DNA of 42,833 nt from positions 1 through 42,833 of the forward strand of contig NW_021835113.1 in NCBI RefSeq assembly GCF_006345805.1, given 5' to 3'. Shown piece after piece: positions 23,063 to 35,037 of this stretch. The translations under genes and the position numbers were made by a program. How positions within the stretch are numbered: position 1 is the first letter of the stretch; every line of letters begins with the position of its first letter. The DNA is from Octopus sinensis. Lineage: Eukaryota. Below the pieces are notes generated by a model. It was not told the DNA's origin, made no database searches, and saw only the letters and a list, made by a program, of their open reading frames with translations.

Positions 23063-23794
23063 TATATATAATATATATATATGAATGTACAGCTACATAC
23101 ATGATACATACATACGCACAGATACAGACACGAGTAAATATACACATAAGCAAGCATCCTCGAGTCAACCATGTGAACTGGTGATTAATAATAAAATAAT
23201 ATTTAGAAAAAGGTATGTGAATGTGGGACATAGATGAGTGAAATTTTGACATCGATCTCGTTCGATTTTTACCAAATCGATCATCCTAGAGTTTTCACAC
23301 AGTAACGGTGATGGCGAAAGTAGTCTAGGCAGTGGTGGTGGTGGTGGTGGTGGTGGTGGTGGTTGTGGTGGTAATGAAAATAAGGATAGTTGTAGTAGTA
23401 TTTGCATTGTTTATTGTGGTTGTTTTCCTAGAATTTCATCATCAGCATCATCATCACCATCATTGGAGATTATTTTGGTGATTGGTTTTTGCAGCTGTAG
23501 TTACAGTGATGGTGATCATAGTGGTATTGGTGATGTTATTGTTGGTAACGTTGCTTGTGGTGATGGTTTTGGAGGTCCTGCAGGTTATAAGGGAATAATG
23601 AGGTCGACCTGGTTTTGGTGATTGTTCTCCTCGACCTCATTGTTGTTTTGGTTGTGGTGACGGGGGTTGTTCGAGTGGTTTTGGCGGTTACGCCGAGATA
23701 ATGATAACGATGTCGAAGAGGAAGAGAAGGAGGATGTGATATTCATATTATGATCATGTTCATCATTACGATCATAATCACCATCGTAAACAAG

Positions 23795-23804
23795 TTCATC
23801 ATCC

Positions 23805-23843
<39 letters not shown>

Positions 23844-23985
23844 CCATCACACTCATCATCATCATCACCATCACCCTCATCATCATCATCATCATCATCC
23901 TTATCATCATCATCCTCCTCCTCCTCCTCATCATCATCATCATCATCACCATCACCCTCATCATCATCATCATCATTATTATCAT
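23795..23985. repeat. (CAT)n microsatellite within a cryptically simple region
   Basis: Imperfect CAT/CAC/CCT runs. Confidence 0.9.
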
Positions 23986-24771
23986 TATTGATATGACGAT
24001 CGGAATCGTGTTCGCGATTTTACTGATGGTCGTGATGATAATGTTGCTGTTACTAGGGGTAAAGACGAGAGAGAGAAAAAAAAATCAAAACAAATGGCCA
24101 ATAAAAGGGACTAAACGGAAGTATATATGTCAGCATGTTTACGTGGCTGGTCCGCCGAGCGGTTGGCTGGTCGGCTGGCTGACTGGTGTGTGGGTTGATG
24201 TTACTGGCCCGCCATTATGCGATAGTTCGTTTCTTCTCTTACTTCTCTCACCACTGCTCCATAATTCCAACTAACGACATTACCAGCAGTCATTGTTTTC
24301 AATCAGAGCACAACTTCTGTTTGATCTGTGCCGTCAGAAGCCGTCCGCCAACTCTCCGACGTTTGCAGATGCCGTAAAGCAGACAATATCGAACACCGGA
24401 AGTAGACAATTAAATGGCGTCACAGATTTTTTTTTTGTGTGTCTTTTTTTATCGGTCTCTATTGTTTTTCTTTTTTCTTTGATTTCCTTGTTTTATTAGA
24501 GAGATCTCGTTATGGCATACAGTAGTATAGTTCTTATGTGGTTTTGCATCGTTGAATTTCTTTATTCATTATAATGGGAACGGGGAGTTGCAACCGATGC
24601 CTAAGATAGCAATGAACTCGACAATCAGCTAAAGAGTCTGTGGTTCGTATCCTTGGCAAAGATACTTCCAAATACCTCGTACCACCTAGCTGTAAACATG
24701 GAAACATTTATAGGTGATAACAGTGAAAAGCTTTACGCGCAGGTACGCCATAAATCAACAACTATTTTATA

Positions 24772-24923
24772 AGAATGGTTGTATACTGTCAATCTAACAC
24801 GAACGTGACAGTAGGGGGGTACACCACCGCTGTATAGCCCTAGGAAGCATCGACGCCTCCTGATGGCTTTGACACATTTTTCCCTGTCACGTTCGTGTTA
24901 GATTGACAGTATACAACCATTCT
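24772..24923. repeat. Perfect 40-bp inverted repeat, 72-nt spacer
   Basis: 24772-24811 is the exact reverse complement of 24884-24923. Confidence 0.95.
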
Positions 24924-25195
24924 ATCGCCCCACCACCGTACATGTCTCTACGAGAGATTTAGAAATTTAGTATTTCTTATTTTATAAGTGTTGCGTTCAA
25001 TTCTTTCCATCGATCCAGAATAATCTAACCGCAGTACTTAGAATCAGATGAGTCTTCAATGTTTTCGAATATTCCTGCCATCGAATGTGGTTGCTATTAT
25101 TATTGTTGTTGTTTAGACCCAGGTAGTCCTGATTGAACACATACGTTTGTCCCACCTTTCCTTTCAAAACAGGACTTGATTTGAAGGCGATGAGA

Positions 25196-25533
25196 CTACT
25201 CGTCTGAGAAAATACCATTCTTCCACTGCTCTAGGAACCAATTCTGTAGGATTTTACTCCACTCTAAACGCTTTGCAACGTTTGTTTTTGAAAGTAGTGG
25301 TTTTGTGATTGTAGCCCTCCCGTGAAATCCGGCCTTGTGCAGCTCCCGGCGAGTAATTTTTGTGGTAACTGGGTTCTCGAAGTGGTCTTTAAGCTCTGCA
25401 GTAATTTTGGGAGATGTACGTTTGTGATCCGTTCTAACAATTCGTGTAATAGCCCGACGGTCTCTGTCTGAAAGTTTTGGTTTTCTTCCGGAGTTTTGTT
25501 TCAACGAAGAGGTTTTTTTCCTTCTTTCTCAAA
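25196..25533 (-). pseudogene. Tc1-like transposase fragment (HTH region to first catalytic D)
   Basis: SGRKPKLSDRDRRAITRIVR...ELHKAGFHGR...KPLLS...WKNGIFSDE* matches Tc1/Tcb-type N-terminal motifs. Confidence 0.85.
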
Positions 25534-26222
25534 GTACTGGAGTCGATTCGTTGGCTCGCTTCAACCTGATTCAGCAGACTACCCAGGATTTAAGCGTACT
25601 GCTGCATGTAGACAGTTCGTGAAATCAGAGGTCAGAGCCAGATGGGAGTCAAAACAGACGAGCTGCTCTGAAAAAGAATTGTTTAAAACTCGTTACGGAA
25701 AGACAGTACCTCTGCTAAAATATATCACATGACAAATAAAAGCGGTAAGTTTTGAGTAATCGGTGGAATAACTAGTCATGAAAGTTGAGATGACGCCCAA
25801 TCTGTAATAAATCAGTGGATCGTACAAAATATGGAATGTAACTGCAGGCAACGTAGGCTTGTAACGTACGATGTGTACATGTGTGAGTGTGTGTGTGTGT
25901 ATTAGAATGTGTGCGGGGCAGGTGGAGAAGGAATTACATTCGCAGATTGAGTAAAACACACGAACTAGGATGTCCCGTCGTGTTGTCTGATCAAATGCGA
26001 ACAGAATGCATCTGAGATTTTCCGCTGCCTCCTGTGTTAATTTTGTTTATAACTTCTTCTCTTCCTTTCCATACGCTTCATATTCATCTTACCCCTGCAG
26101 CTACAAAGAACTGTTACTCTTACTCATCGTTGCTCAACGACAAGCATTGCAAGACGGCAGCAGGGCGGGCGATTTCAACGTTAAAACGGACGACGAATAT
26201 TAATGTTATATTACTATAATCC

Positions 26223-27108
26223 GTATTTCGTCTGCCGTTACGTTCTGAGTTCAAATTCCGCCGAGGTCGACTATGCTTTTCCTCCTTTCGGGGTCGATTA
26301 AATAAGTACCAGTTACGCCCTGGGGTCGATGTAATCAACTTAATACCTATGTCTGTCCTTGTTTGTCCCCTCTGTGTTTAGCCCCTTGTGGGTAGTAAAG
26401 AAATAGGTATTTCGTCTGCCGTTAAGTTCTGAGTTCAAATTCCGCCGAGGTCGACTTTGCCTTTCATCCTTTCGGGGTCGATAATTAAGTACCAGTTACT
26501 CACTGGGGTCGATATAATCGACTTGATTCGTTTTTCTGTCCTTGCTTGTCCCCTTTATGTTCAGCCCCTTGTGGGTAGTAAAGAAAAAGGTATTTCGTCT
26601 GCCGTTACGTTCTGAGTTCAAATTCCGCCGAGGTCGACTTTGCCTTTCACCCTTTCGGGGTCGATAAATTAAGTACCAGTTACGCACTGGGGTCGATGTA
26701 ATCGATTTAATTCGTTTGTCTGTCCTTGTTTGTCCCCATTATGTTTAGCCCCTTGTGGGTAGTAAAGAAAAAGGTATTTCGTCTGCCGTTACGTTCTGAG
26801 TTCAAATTCCGCCGAGGTCGACTTTGCCTTTCACCCTTTCGGGGTCGATAAATTAAGTACCAGTTGCGCACTGGGGTCGATGTAATCGACTTAATTCGTG
26901 TGTCTGTCCTTGTTTGTCCCCTCTATGTTTAGCCCCTTGTGGTCAGTAAAGAAATAGGTATTTCGTCTGCCGCTACGTTCTGAGTTCAAATTCCGCCGAG
27001 GTCGACTTTGCCTTTCACCCTTTCGGGGTCGATGTAATCGACTTAATTCGTTTGTCTGTCCTTGTTTGTCCCCTCAATGTTTAGCCCTTTGTGGGTAGTA
27101 AAGAAACA
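26223..27108 (+). repeat. Head-to-tail array of 5 SINE family B internal units
   Basis: Units start at 26223, 26407, 26590, 26774 and 26958 (period 183-184). The last unit has a deletion between the two GGGGTCGAT motifs. Confidence 0.95.
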
Positions 27109-27448
27109 GATAATACAACAGTGAGACATTTGTCAGTTTGCCGGGTATTTTTCAACATTGCCACCCAGTGGCTGATTCCGCGTGAGATTATATCCTTGTT
27201 TCAAGTCTTCGATGCTGTCTAGATTGACAGCGTTATGCGACATTCCTCGTTTCTCATCTCATCTACATATAGACAAAACGTTCAAACACAAATATACACA
27301 GACACGTGTTCACACATGCTCTCTTTTTCTCGTTCTATTCCTCTTCCTCTACTTTCTCTCTTTCTGTCTGTCTATCTATCTAGCTCTCTATCCATCTGTC
27401 TATCTATCTATCTATCTCTCTATTTATCTATCTATCTGTATGTATATA

Positions 27449-27875
27449 CTCTTTACTCTCTTTTACTTGTTTCGGTCATTTGACTGCGGACATGCTGGAG
27501 CACCGCCTTTAGTCGAGCAAATCGACCCCGGGACTTATTCTTTGTAAGCCCAGTACTTATTCTATCGGTCTCTTTTGCCGAACCGCTAAGTGACGGGGAC
27601 GTAAATACACCAGCATCGGTTGTCAAGCAATGCTAGGGGGACAAATACAGACACACAAACACACACACACACTCACACACACATATATATATTATATATA
27701 TATATATATATACGACGGGCTTCTTTCAGTTTCCGTCTACCAAATCCACCCACAAGGCATTGGTCGGCCCAGGGCTATAGCAGAAGACACTTGCCCAAGA
27801 TGCCACGCAGTGGGACTGAACCCGGAACCATGTGGTTGGTAGGCAAGCTACTTACCACACAGCCACTCCTGCGCC

Positions 27876-27876
<1 letters not shown>
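27449..27876 (-). mobile_element. SINE family C, full length
   Basis: Minus strand: AGGCGCAGGAGTGGCTGTGTGG head, GGTTCAGTCCC B-box, central microsatellite, and tail GGTGCTCCAGCATGTCCGCAGTC...(AAGAGT)n. Confidence 0.92.
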
Positions 27877-27922
<46 letters not shown>

Positions 27923-28237
27923 CTGTGTGTGTATATATATATATATATCTAACATGCACAATCTTCACTATGATCCGGATATCTAACGCCGATGAGACGA
28001 TGAAACAGCATAAAGGAATGTCTGGTTTATAGGAAATAAATCAAAACAATAACACAAGCAAATGTATGACTGAGACAATTATGATTTCTGTATATGGGGG
28101 GGGGGGGCACGCACACACAGAGAAACATACGTACATGTGTATGTGTGTGGGAGAGAGAGAGAGAGAGAGAGAGAGAGTGTGTGTGTGTGTGTGTGTTAGA
28201 GTGTGTATATATATATATATATATATGTATGTATATT

Positions 28238-28275
<38 letters not shown>

Positions 28276-28407
28276 CATGCATATATACATGCATACGTGC
28301 ATATATACATACACTCAACAATACATTTTTACATTTTACTTGTGTATAGCGTACTTGTTTCTACTTAAACGTGCATAATATAATTATGTGTGTGCGTTTG
28401 TGTACCG

Positions 28408-28439
<32 letters not shown>

Positions 28440-28779
28440 TATACATATATAGACAAATACATATATGTCTATATCTATAAACGCACATACACACATAAAC
28501 GCGCGCATAGACACACAACTATATCTATACATATATATACATGCATGTATATCAAACATTCTATATGTGTGCTGGGGGTGATGTATTTATGTTTTACTGT
28601 GCACATCATTGCATGCGGCATCGTGTGAAGGGTGTATATGAGTACATATAATTCAGGCCTTGTTTTTAACATTTTTAGTTTTGAATCTCTATAAATTCCA
28701 AATTATTCCATATGCTTCTTGTTTGTTTGTTTTTGATGTGTTTTGTGCAGAGACGCATGAATCTGCTTCTGTATCATGT

Positions 28780-28908
28780 TTAATTAAAAAGAAATAGACA
28801 TTCGTACACAAATATATACTTTATACATATTTTAAATGTATACATAAACACGACATTTGGCATACATTATGATATACATACATACATTCATACATACATA
28901 CATTCGTG

Positions 28909-28960
<52 letters not shown>

Positions 28961-29083
28961 CATACATAAATAGGGAGCGAGAGAGAGTGGGACAGTCAGG
29001 CAGATATATATATACTTGTTTACGTATATGTATGTGAATGTGTGTGTGTACACACACATACATGCATGTGCCTATCTGCCTGA

Positions 29084-29123
<40 letters not shown>

Positions 29124-29467
29124 ATGTATTTATGTATATGTAAATGTATATGTATTAATATATATGCATATATATATATATATATATGTATATATATTAA
29201 TATGTGTATATATATAGATAGATAGTTAGATAGATAAATATAGATATAGATATCCTCGTGTACGTATTGAGTATGTGTGTGTGTGAATATATGTGTATGC
29301 TTATGTGTATATGTATTTCTGTATGTGTAATATCGATAAACGTATCAATGCATGACTGTGTAAATACATCATTTACTTGCCTTTCAGTTAAATTGGGTTT
29401 GTTTAGGTTTCATTCACCTTTCATTTCTACAAATACGTATGTTATGTGTGTGTGTATGTATATATAT

Positions 29468-29516
<49 letters not shown>

Positions 29517-29737
29517 CTTACATATATACATATATACATACATATATGAATATATATACATAAATATATATGTATATATAGATATATATGTGTGTGTGTG
29601 TATGCATATATATGTATATTTATATATAAATACACATATATATATATACATACATATAAATATGCATACTTACATATATGTATGTATATACATATATATA
29701 TATATAATATATATATATATAATATATATTAATATAT

Positions 29738-29781
<44 letters not shown>

Positions 29782-30020
29782 ATTATATATATATATATAC
29801 ATGGATATGTAAGTATGTATGTTTGTATGTATGCATACGCATATTAGGCATACGCACATATAATACATACACATATATATATATGTATATAATGCATTTA
29901 TATGTATTTGTATATATATATATATAATATACACGGGAGCGCACAGGCACACACACATATATATATATACATACATAGATACATGCATGTATGTGTGTGT
30001 ATACGCATTCACGTATAAAT
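28780..30020. repeat. Extended (TA)n/(CA)n/(TG)n low-complexity block
   Basis: Visible dinucleotide mosaic. Confidence 0.9.
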
Positions 30021-30688
30021 GTGCATGTCTAGGTATGACTGTATCGTCATTGATGAATGTGTGAGCTCACAAATTAAAACAAATCATAAAGAATAACAAT
30101 TTATTATCATCATCATCATCATCATCATCCACCCTCCTCTCATTGTTATTACATTTTATTGTTGTTGTTGTTGTTGTTATCGTCATTATTGTTATCATTA
30201 TTATTATTATTCCTATTTTCAAACTTTTTCTTTTCCCTTTTTCTAAAAAGTGCCAATTTAATAGACATCGCTCCTCGCTGCTCCTCCTTCAATCCCCAAT
30301 GCCGACCGTTTTCCTTGCTATGTCTTAGTTCCACATTTTTCTTATTGCTGGCTATTTCTCTTTTTCTCATCAATTCTTCGACAGCCCCCCCCCCCGACCT
30401 CATCCCACCACACACACACCCCCCTCCACGATCCCAGCTTCGTCCTATCATAACACATCCGAGTTCTTTCACTAACCATCCCTCTAATGCATTCCTGCAA
30501 GGCTTGGCTGGACGTTATCGATATTTCCCATTCGCCATCCCTTTCCCCCGCTGGCAAATACATGGGAGCGATGGCGGTTCGGGAAGGGAATGCGTCGATA
30601 CTGGATGGTTAGGTGAAAGATGGTTTTACCCATCCACCCTCGGTCACCAACCAACTTTGCTCCATCTCATATATGCTTGTGTGTGTGT

Positions 30689-30739
<51 letters not shown>

Positions 30740-31219
30740 TGTGTATACAGTGTCTCTGGCTCTCTTGAGAGGGTGACCTCCCCTATCTGTACCCTTTTTG
30801 AAGACACGTCATCATACAACTGCTCTGATATCATCCAACCAACCGTCCGTAGCGAAATGTCCTCTTGCTCAATAGCAGCAGCAGCAACACCAGTAGTAGT
30901 AGTAGTATAGTAGTAGTAGTAGTAGTAGTAGTAGCAATAATAATATTTTCTTACATTGACACAACGAAGTAAATATGGAGAGGGGGGAGGTGCAGTCGAT
31001 TTATTCTCCACGCCTCCACCTGACTGGTATTTTAATTTATTGACCCCGGAAGAATAAAAAGACAAAGCTGACCTCGGAAAGTTTTGAACTCAGATTGTAA
31101 GGGACTTAATTAAATAAAAATTGAATTTTTTTCCAGTGTTCTGCCGCTTCTGTCACAATTCATTTCTTGATTCTTCGATGTAATAAAAATTCATTCATAC
31201 ACATGCACGCACACACACA

Positions 31220-31273
<54 letters not shown>

Positions 31274-31462
31274 TATATATCTATCTATATATATATATAT
31301 AATATATATATTTAAATGGATGAATGAATTATCCTTTGTTTACCGTTAACATGGAAAATTCAATAAACAGTTACCAGGGTAGCAAAATTCACACAAGTAA
31401 CACGGATGAAGCGACCTATTCAAAGTTAGAAACTCCGGGTTAATGTGCAGTAATTTGTGTAT

Positions 31463-31742
31463 TATAAGTAAATAAATGGAGTTGAACGAAGATGTTATTA
31501 AAATTCTTTTACTTTCGACATATGTTTCGAAGACAACATGGTTTTATTCCAAAGGAATAAACGGTGTAAAATGCAATCTACTCATCAGGAAAGAAAGAGA
31601 GCCTATCTCAACAACAAGACATTATAACATTACGATGTCATCTACACCGTTTATTCCTTTGGAATAAAACCATGTTGTCTTCGAAACATATGTCGAAAGT
31701 AAAAGAATTTTAATAACATCTTCGTTCAACTCCATTTATTTA

Positions 31743-31748
<6 letters not shown>
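31463..31748. repeat. Perfect 106-bp inverted repeat, 74-nt spacer, abutting (TA)n
   Basis: 31463-31568 is the exact reverse complement of 31643-31748. Confidence 0.97.
31512..31593 (-). ncRNA. Type I minimal hammerhead ribozyme (Penelope-like-element type)
   Basis: Minus strand: stem I CUUUC - CUGAUGA - stem II (GUAGA/UCUUC with an internal 8-bp hairpin) - GAAAC-AUAU-GUC - GAAAG. All core nucleotides are present, with a GUC cleavage triplet and a palindromic stem III (ACAUAUGU). Confidence 0.8.
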
Positions 31749-31821
<73 letters not shown>

Positions 31822-31904
31822 ATAAGATCGTTAATTTAAAAAAAACAACGATTTTATCAAGTGGTCAGCATGGCAAAAATAACCTTCCATGGTAATAATT
31901 ATTA

Positions 31905-32017
31905 AAATTATAAATTAGGGTATCTACGAGATACCACCATGCTGAAAATAGCATAGTCAGATCATGGCTGCTATTTTCAGCATGGTGGTATCTCGTAGAT
32001 ACCCTAATTTATAATTT
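31905..32017. repeat. Perfect 49-bp inverted repeat, 15-nt loop, between (TA)n tracts
   Basis: 31905-31953 is the reverse complement of 31969-32017. Confidence 0.95.
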
Positions 32018-32315
32018 ATGTATATATATATATGGCTGTAATAAAGATATTTGTCACTTCGCTAGGGACATTATCGGTAGCCTCAAACGAGGAGTGAAAC
32101 TGCGTCACTTTCATTTGACGAGGGCTTTACTTCTTGTTCTGCCATTGCCGCTATGAACTACGAAAGCCGAACCAATGAAAGAGCTTCTACGAAGCCACCT
32201 GTTAGAAATAGCAACGAAATCTCCCTCAAATCTTTATTCCCTCCTTTTTTTTCTCTCTTTTTTCTCTCCTTGTTTCTCCCCTTGTTTTTTTCTCTCCCTG
32301 TTTTTTTCTGTGTCC

Positions 32316-32351
32316 CTTTCTGTAGAAGAGCGTAGGCTCGAAACGTAAAAG
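32316..32351 (+). ncRNA. Ultra-minimal hammerhead-like motif (variant core)
   Basis: CUUU-CUGUAGA-A-GAGC(GUAG)GCUC-GAAAC-GUA-AAAG. Stems I and II pair and stem III is the palindrome ACGU, but core A6 is replaced by U. Confidence 0.5.
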
Positions 32352-32576
32352 ACTTTTTTCTATTCCTGAGCGTTATACTAATACATCTGTTTCTTTTATA
32401 CCCCACCCGTCTTCGTCTTTTGTTTTTTTCGTAAATTCTCCCGACATATACAATATGATTTCGGATTCCTTGCACAGAAAAAAATAGGGGTGGTCACAGT
32501 CAGAATGTCTTTGATCGTAGGTCAGCTCGAACAAAGTCGACCTCGGGCTAAACACAGTGACAATTTCTATTAAAGC

Positions 32577-32873
32577 AACAAGAACGTCAGCAGAAGTGAT
32601 AACAATGAAAAAAAAAGACATTGGAGGGGCGATACACACCCTGCGCGCGGATAGATTTTATTTGCAAATTATAGTGTGACTAATAATGCGTTGCTTACCC
32701 ATACTTTTTAATTGAACTTAATTAATATTTTTAAGTATCACCATTACAGGTATTTATACTCAGGTGAAATTAAGGAATCAACACATAAATAAACGAAATC
32801 CTCGAATCCATCAGTGCACACATACACACGCACACGCACGCACGCACGCACACACACACACACACACACACAC

Positions 32874-32907
<34 letters not shown>

Positions 32908-33213
32908 CAAGTACGTATGTATGTATATGTAAAAGAAAGTGAACAAAATAACATGACCACTTGCTTATCAGAAAATTTCCTTATTGTTGACTTTTTCTCA
33001 TCAATTCTTCGACAGCCCACCGATCCCACCCTTTTTTTAAAGATAATCAAACCAAATTTTCATCATTTCGAGCCACTCATCCAATGAGTATTTCAGCCAA
33101 ATGTGGTGAAAATCTGTTCACCTGTTTACCAGTCATTTTGCAAACACACAGACAAACAGACAAAGACGAGTGATTACAATACCCTGCTTTCGATTACGCG
33201 CGCAGGATAATAA
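32577..33213 (+). mobile_element. Pearl/HINE-like non-autonomous element
   Basis: Starts AACAAGA. Subterminal IR CCTGCGCGCG (32640-32649)/CGCGCGCAGG (33197-33206). ACAG-type repeats near the 3' end and a 3' stem-loop CCTGC...GCAGG. An interior fragment recurs at 30360-30387. Confidence 0.55.
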
Positions 33214-34652
33214 TTTTAATTACAAACCAAGTAATCTGTTGTTTCTGTTAGTCTTGTCGTCGGCGTCATCGTTGTTCTGTTGCTGTTAAAACTCAAGTTA
33301 GCTTTGATTCAGCAGACCAATGATGGAAAACATTCCAGCTCTGAATATCCCATCGAATTTCGTTGTTGTTTTGGGATAGAGTGTATCTAGGACTACATAC
33401 GCTTAAGTTTACTTCTTAGAGAGTTACGTGTGGTATGAGGTAAGATTTGACAAAAATTTCCCACGGGTCGAGTCGCCGCCTGAAGGCTCCTCACCAACAA
33501 AAGCTCATTGGTTCATGAAAAGTGAATGCGATCATAATAGCTCCAATGGAGCTAAGGCGGTCCCCGAGTATTTGAGCAAAAAACAGTACAGGCAATGGAA
33601 TTGACTTCATTAAGAAAGATCATTGCTTTGAATACCAAATCAGGAGAAGAATCGTGTCAGATTATAATTTTTCATACTACTTATCTAATTAATCCTATAA
33701 CAACTCTGCCAGATTATTTCTATTGTTGTGAGCTGGACGAATGGTTAGAGCCTCCAGTTCCTTACATTATAAATTCAAATCTCGTCGGGGTCAACTTTGC
33801 TTTTCATCCCCCTAGAATCGACAAAATGAACTAGCAATCTAGTCCTGGAAGACTATTCCCTCCCTTATATTTCAGGTTTTTTGCCGACGTAAGAAACGAT
33901 ATTTACCGCAACACTGTTTCGATCCGTATGTTCGCCGATCCGTAGCAGATTTCATATTTCTAGGTATATTCATTGGCGCAGGCTAGCCACGTAGTTAACA
34001 AGATCGCTTCGCGTCTAGGTAGCTCTGGGTTCGACCTCACTACGTGACAACTTAAACAACTGTCTCCCACTGTAGCTTCGGTGTAACCAAACGGAATCTT
34101 TGCCGTAAGTGCTCCAGCGTGTCCACGCTCTAATGTGAGTAACGAGCAGCGGAAAAGAAGGAAACTGAATTCGAACTAGAGGTTATATTTCTCAGCGAAA
34201 TAAAGTTCCTTATTTGATATTACGAACTGTTGAAATAAAGATCTCCTCCACAACCCGATGACATGGGAGATAAAACAGATCGAAACGTAGTGAAGGTATA
34301 AATATTTCTTTAAATGTTTCACCTTTAATGAAGAGGTTAGTTTTCCGGAAAATGACAGTCTTATTAACGATATGTCATCTCAGTTATTTAGACATTTAAT
34401 TAAGAAATGGGATTTACAATCATTCAAGGAAAATATTCAACTGAATTGACTAACATGTACGCACACTTTGTATACAAATATTTGAACGTTTACAAATATT
34501 TTATATACAAAACATAATATACAAATAAATTATACGTTGATATTATGTTCAACTATGCCGAAATACAACGTGCATTGTATACGCTTCATGTAAATACACA
34601 GTTTTGATGATGGATATTTAATAGTTTGAGCTTGCTCATTGAATTAGCATTT

Positions 34653-34693
<41 letters not shown>

Positions 34694-34696
<3 letters not shown>

Positions 34697-34968
34697 CTAT
34701 CTTTATTGGCCACAGAGGGCTGAATACAGAGGGGACAAATACAAATGTAGAGCTTTTCTTTTCGAAGATGGAAAATGAAAAAAGGAAATAAATGTAAAAT
34801 TCCGATCAAAAGGGATCGGGAAGAAAAAAAAAGGAATCGTGTATCACAAAAACAAATTTTTTAAAAAACATTAAGAAACAAAATTGGGTTCATCCGTGGG
34901 GAGAAAAGCCTACAGAAAAGACCACGGTAACCTCAGTCAGGGAGGAAATAAACACATGAGAGCAAAGT

Positions 34969-35037
<69 letters not shown>

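Noticed and set aside
23400-24060. Minus-strand D/N/H-rich frame after an acceptor-like polypyrimidine tract, and an 11-bp IR at 23597-23641
   Set aside because: The protein-like frame is closed by a stop just after the acceptor and all frames are short. The composition is explained by trinucleotide slippage, and the IR is too short to be meaningful.
24385-24425. CCGGAAGT, ATGGCG and CGTCAC motifs suggestive of a promoter (also GCCATCTT near 7890)
   Set aside because: Short motifs expected by chance, with no CpG island or adjacent first exon identified.
26050-26220. Acceptor-like CCCCTGCAG followed by short open frames
   Set aside because: No convincing donor, no recognisable peptide, and the frames end within about 35 codons.
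26223-27108. Regularly spaced repeats superficially like a CRISPR array
   Set aside because: Whole 184-bp units repeat with no unique spacers, there are no cas genes, the context is eukaryotic, and the unit is a SINE segment.
30159-30776. 205-aa plus-strand ORF
   Set aside because: Built from TTG/TTA repeats, C-runs, a repeat fragment and (GT)n. No domain-like content.
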